From assembly GCF_001194135.2 (NCBI RefSeq), contig NC_068983.1:88264357-88328356 (forward strand): a DNA stretch of 64,000 nucleotides, given 5' to 3'. Source of the DNA: Octopus bimaculoides (lineage: Eukaryota). Shown piece after piece: positions 60,538-64,000 of the stretch. The notes beneath the pieces were generated by a model. It saw only the letters and a program-made list of their open reading frames with translations. It was not told where the DNA came from and searched no databases. The position numbers and the translations under genes are program-made. The first letter of the stretch is position 1, and every line of letters starts with the position of its first letter.

Positions 60538-61880
60538 GTACTGTTGATTCAGATAGCTGGTCCCTCAATTGGGTTAACCTTTGGCAGACTCTCATCCTCC
60601 CATTCATTCTCTACATTCAGCAGTCTTTCATAATGGCATCCCCAAGCCTTTTTCTTTGCAGAATCATTAAACGCAAGGGCACCATCATCCATGTGGACAC
60701 ATTTCTCTCCTATGACATTATGGTTTTCTCTCAATCACTGTCTTGCAATCTGAAACACTTCAGTTCTCTGGTCCTCACATTGTTAAACATTGGCAAACTT
60801 CTTTTCTGCTACTCCCTTGGCTATATATACCTGTCACTTAGCTTCCCTTTTGGCTATCTGATACATTCTCCAGCTACCACCACTCTTCCAGGCATTCCTA
60901 GTCTGTTTCTCTGCTCTAATGGCCCTGTCTACAGTATTGTTTCACCACCATGTTACCCTAGGTCTGGAAGGGTCTTTGCACCAGCCACAGATTTGGTCTG
61001 TGGCACTCAGCAAGCTGTCTCGCAGGAATTTCCATCTGCCTTCTATGTCACAAGACTGTAGCTCCTCCTCCCTATCATCAAGTTTCTTGGTAAGGATATC
61101 CCTAAATCTGTGACCTTCTGGCCTCGAGTCTAAAGTCACTAATAACTATTCTATGTTGGTGGGGTACATTCTTCACCAGGGAGGGTCTTTGTATTTAAGA
61201 GCAACCATGCATTCGCTGTCTGGTGAGAATGAAATCGATTTGGCTAGCAGAGTCACCTGATTGATAGGTTATCAGGTGGTTAGCTGGCTTCCTGAAGTTA
61301 GTGTTGCAGATCAATAGGTTATTTGCTTCGCAGAACACCAGGAGCCTAGTTCCCTCTTTATTTCTGGTACCAACTCCATGCCCCCCTATTACACCATGTA
61401 AGATACTAGATTGCTGTCCGACATACCCATTAAAATCTCCAGCCACAAAGATGAGATCATTATCACTCCTATTTGAGGTAGCCTGCAGAAGAATATCATA
61501 AAAGTGATCCTTCTGTTCATTTAGTACACCTGCTTGTGGGGCGTAGGCAGAGATTATTGTAGCTATACCATTCTGCAAGACTAGCCTGAGTTTAAGTACT
61601 CTATCGCACACCCTCACACCTCTATGACCTTATCCACCCATTTCTCTGGAAGATGTATGCCCACACCCCCATTCCATCACTATTGCCTTCCCAGAAGAGC
61701 TTATACCTATGTGCTTTGCCTGTGAAAACTCTGGATGAAGCTCCTCTCTATCTTACCTCTTGTATGCAACATATATTAACACACCTCCATTCAAGCACCC
61801 CTACAATCTCGCTAGACCTACCTTTCAATGTGTCTACATTTAGAGTGCCATCTCTGTAAACTAGGAAAAAGATATGGGAG
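60538..61880 (-). mobile_element. RTE family 2 LINE, 5' part (APE endonuclease and linker), continuous with 57222-59295
   Basis: GTLNVDTLKGRS..CCIQEVR..IISAYAPQ..FVAGDFNGYVG..NLLICNTNFRK..QIDFIL..TWW..HYERLLNVENEW..EGPAI. Confidence 0.93.
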
Positions 61881-62446
61881 GTAACACAGGAAGGATAGAT
61901 GTTATTCAGTACCTGAAAAGAAGGTTCCCATGAATGTTTGGTAACAAGCGTCTTAATAGTTGTCCTTGCTGTTAACCTACCGTCATTCAAACATGTTAGA
62001 GTTGTTTAGGTTGTTACCTCTACTGGGGGAGGGGGAGAAGTGAGGAAGTATTGTATATGAAAGTGTTTGGGGCATTGTAAATATAAGCATTATGAGCCTT
62101 GTGAGAGAAGCATTACTGATGCTGCAGATATGTGTAAATAAATAAATAAATATTTAAAAAGTGTTGGGGGGGGCAGTAAGTGGGCTACCTTATGGTTTAG
62201 TTAGGCTAGAGATAGGGGGTGGAGAGAGAGGAGAGGGCAGCAAGATTACCAATAGAGGAGGAGAGAGGGGAAGGGCAACTGGATGTCCAGTAAGAGAGAA
62301 AGAAAGAAAGAGATCTCCGGTAAGAGTAAGAGAGAGAGATTTCTGGTTTTGGTGGCAAGGGTGGGGATGGTGGTGGCAGAAAAGGATAGTGGGGTGGGTA
62401 CAACCACCAACACAAAAGGTCATTTTAAGGGTTATAGCAAGGGTTA

Positions 62447-63138
62447 GAGTTATTTTAGAGAAAAGTACAAGATAAGTATATACATGTAGCCAAGAAACAA
62501 GGTTAGTTGTTGTAGGATTAGGACAAACAAGAAAGAATTATTTTAGAGAATAGATGAGTTTGAATGAATGAGACAATTAAAAACGAGAGTTTCTTCGCTT
62601 AGCTGTGTATGTCTTCGAGTGTCATCGCCTTCAAACACATAGAATAGACTAAACTAAACTACCGAAAGTCTGAGAGGAGGTGGGGGGAACAAGTGTGGAG
62701 GCAACAGCCTGAAATGGACGAAGAAGGCAGCATTTTGCTCAAGGCTTCAAAGAGAAATAGCAGTGAGTAGCCATTGCAATAAGAAATAAAAGATACAGAC
62801 AGGAAAGAAAGGAATTATTTTAGTGAACATTACAGAATACGTATATATATGAAGTCAAGAAACAAGGGAAGGGATTATTATTTTAGAGGGGGAGATTGCA
62901 AATTTGAAAGTTATTTGATGAATTGATATAGAGATCTACAGTTTATGAAAGGGAGTTATTTTAGAGTAAAGTACGAGATAAGTATATACATGTAGCCAAG
63001 AAACAACATTAGTCATTGTAGGATTAGAACAAACAAGAAAGAATTATTTTAGAGAATAGATGAGTTTGAATGAATGAGGCAATTAAAAACAAAAGAGTTT
63101 CTTAGCTGAGCTGTGCATATTTTCGAGTGTCATCACCA
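62447..63138. repeat. About 185-bp direct repeat with a 506-bp period in purine-rich sequence
   Basis: 62447-62630 versus 62953-63138, about 90% identical by eye. Confidence 0.88.
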
Positions 63139-63344
63139 CCGAAAGAGATTTGAATCGAAATTGAGTGCAACTGAAGGCCATTACTTCTATTTTCATCTAG
63201 AAACAAAACAATTTCAAATATCACTCTTCTCATCATTACATCAAACCTCTTGTGAAATGTTTTTTCCAATCCTTCCTTCCTTAAACTCTCTATGGATCTC
63301 CCTCTCTGCCCATTGATCAACCCCTTCAAAACAACATCTTATAA

Positions 63345-63900
63345 AAGGAACCTTTATGTTGTCATTCAGTCTTAATTTATTACCTCAGAGGGATGAAAAG
63401 CAAAATCTGACCTACATAAAATATAAGGAGATATAATAAAACTACAAAATATTACAGTCTGGTACCTACCACTTCTGTCACACTCACAGCTTTAATAATA
63501 ATTTCCAACTTTATTACAAAGCCATACATTAACTTCAGTACTTGACTACTTTGTAGTTGAAAGAGTTAAATCCAGTGGGATTTGAACTCATGATATAAAG
63601 TGATAACATTAAATACTGCTAGATATATACTTTACAACTACATTACTATTTCTGTCTTCTTCCAACCCTAATAAAGATGTCTAACATAGGCACAAGTTCT
63701 CAAATTCGAGAAAGAAGAATAGTCAATTATATTTGATGCATTATATGACTTGCACATCCTAGAAGAATTAAAAGCAAAGTTGCCCTTAGTGAGATTTTAA
63801 TTCAGAATGTAAAGGGTTGTATCTAAATACTACAAGCCATTGTGTTCAAATATCTAATGATTCTGCAATCCACCATATTACCACCACTAATAATAACAGA
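63345..63900 (-). mobile_element. Cluster of about three old SINE family B copies
   Basis: GGGATGAAAAGCAAA, GGATTTGAACTC, AAAGCAAAGTTG..TTCAGAATGTAAAG..AAATACTAC cores. Confidence 0.65.
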
Positions 63901-64000
63901 AGTTCTGAACCAACGAGGGAACCTCCACACACTTTACTTGTTATAAACAAATGTCAAATTCCTTCAAATGGTACCTTACTATCTTGAAAAAGGAAAACTT

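Overview
AT-rich eukaryotic genomic scaffold with several N gaps, dominated by microsatellites and transposable elements. The SINE/LINE repertoire is, from my recollection of these repeats, most consistent with an octopus (coleoid cephalopod); this is an inference. Retroelements: at least two RTE-clade LINE families, one near full length with three C-terminal C2H2 fingers (6.0-9.4 kb) and one with a PHD-like insertion in RT that is split by an antisense copy of itself (57.2-61.9 kb); several Penelope-like element (PLE) pieces; an internally deleted Ty3/Gypsy; an internally deleted CRE-like RLE retrotransposon; and dozens of tRNA-derived SINEs. DNA elements: mariner and Tc1 fragments, TTAA-flanked MITEs and a Helentron/HINE-like element. 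Host coding sequence is minimal: a well-supported + strand terminal exon (51217-51521), a 35-nt + strand exon (28373-28407) and candidate small - strand exons in a CpG-retaining patch near 22 kb. The most notable structure is a 1.7-kb element with 435-bp inverted arms (48348-50024), inserted in the (TA)n core of a SINE. Each arm carries a type I hammerhead-ribozyme motif with a self-complementary, dimer-type helix III. No CRISPR, rRNA or intact tRNA genes were seen. All calls were made by eye, without database searches.
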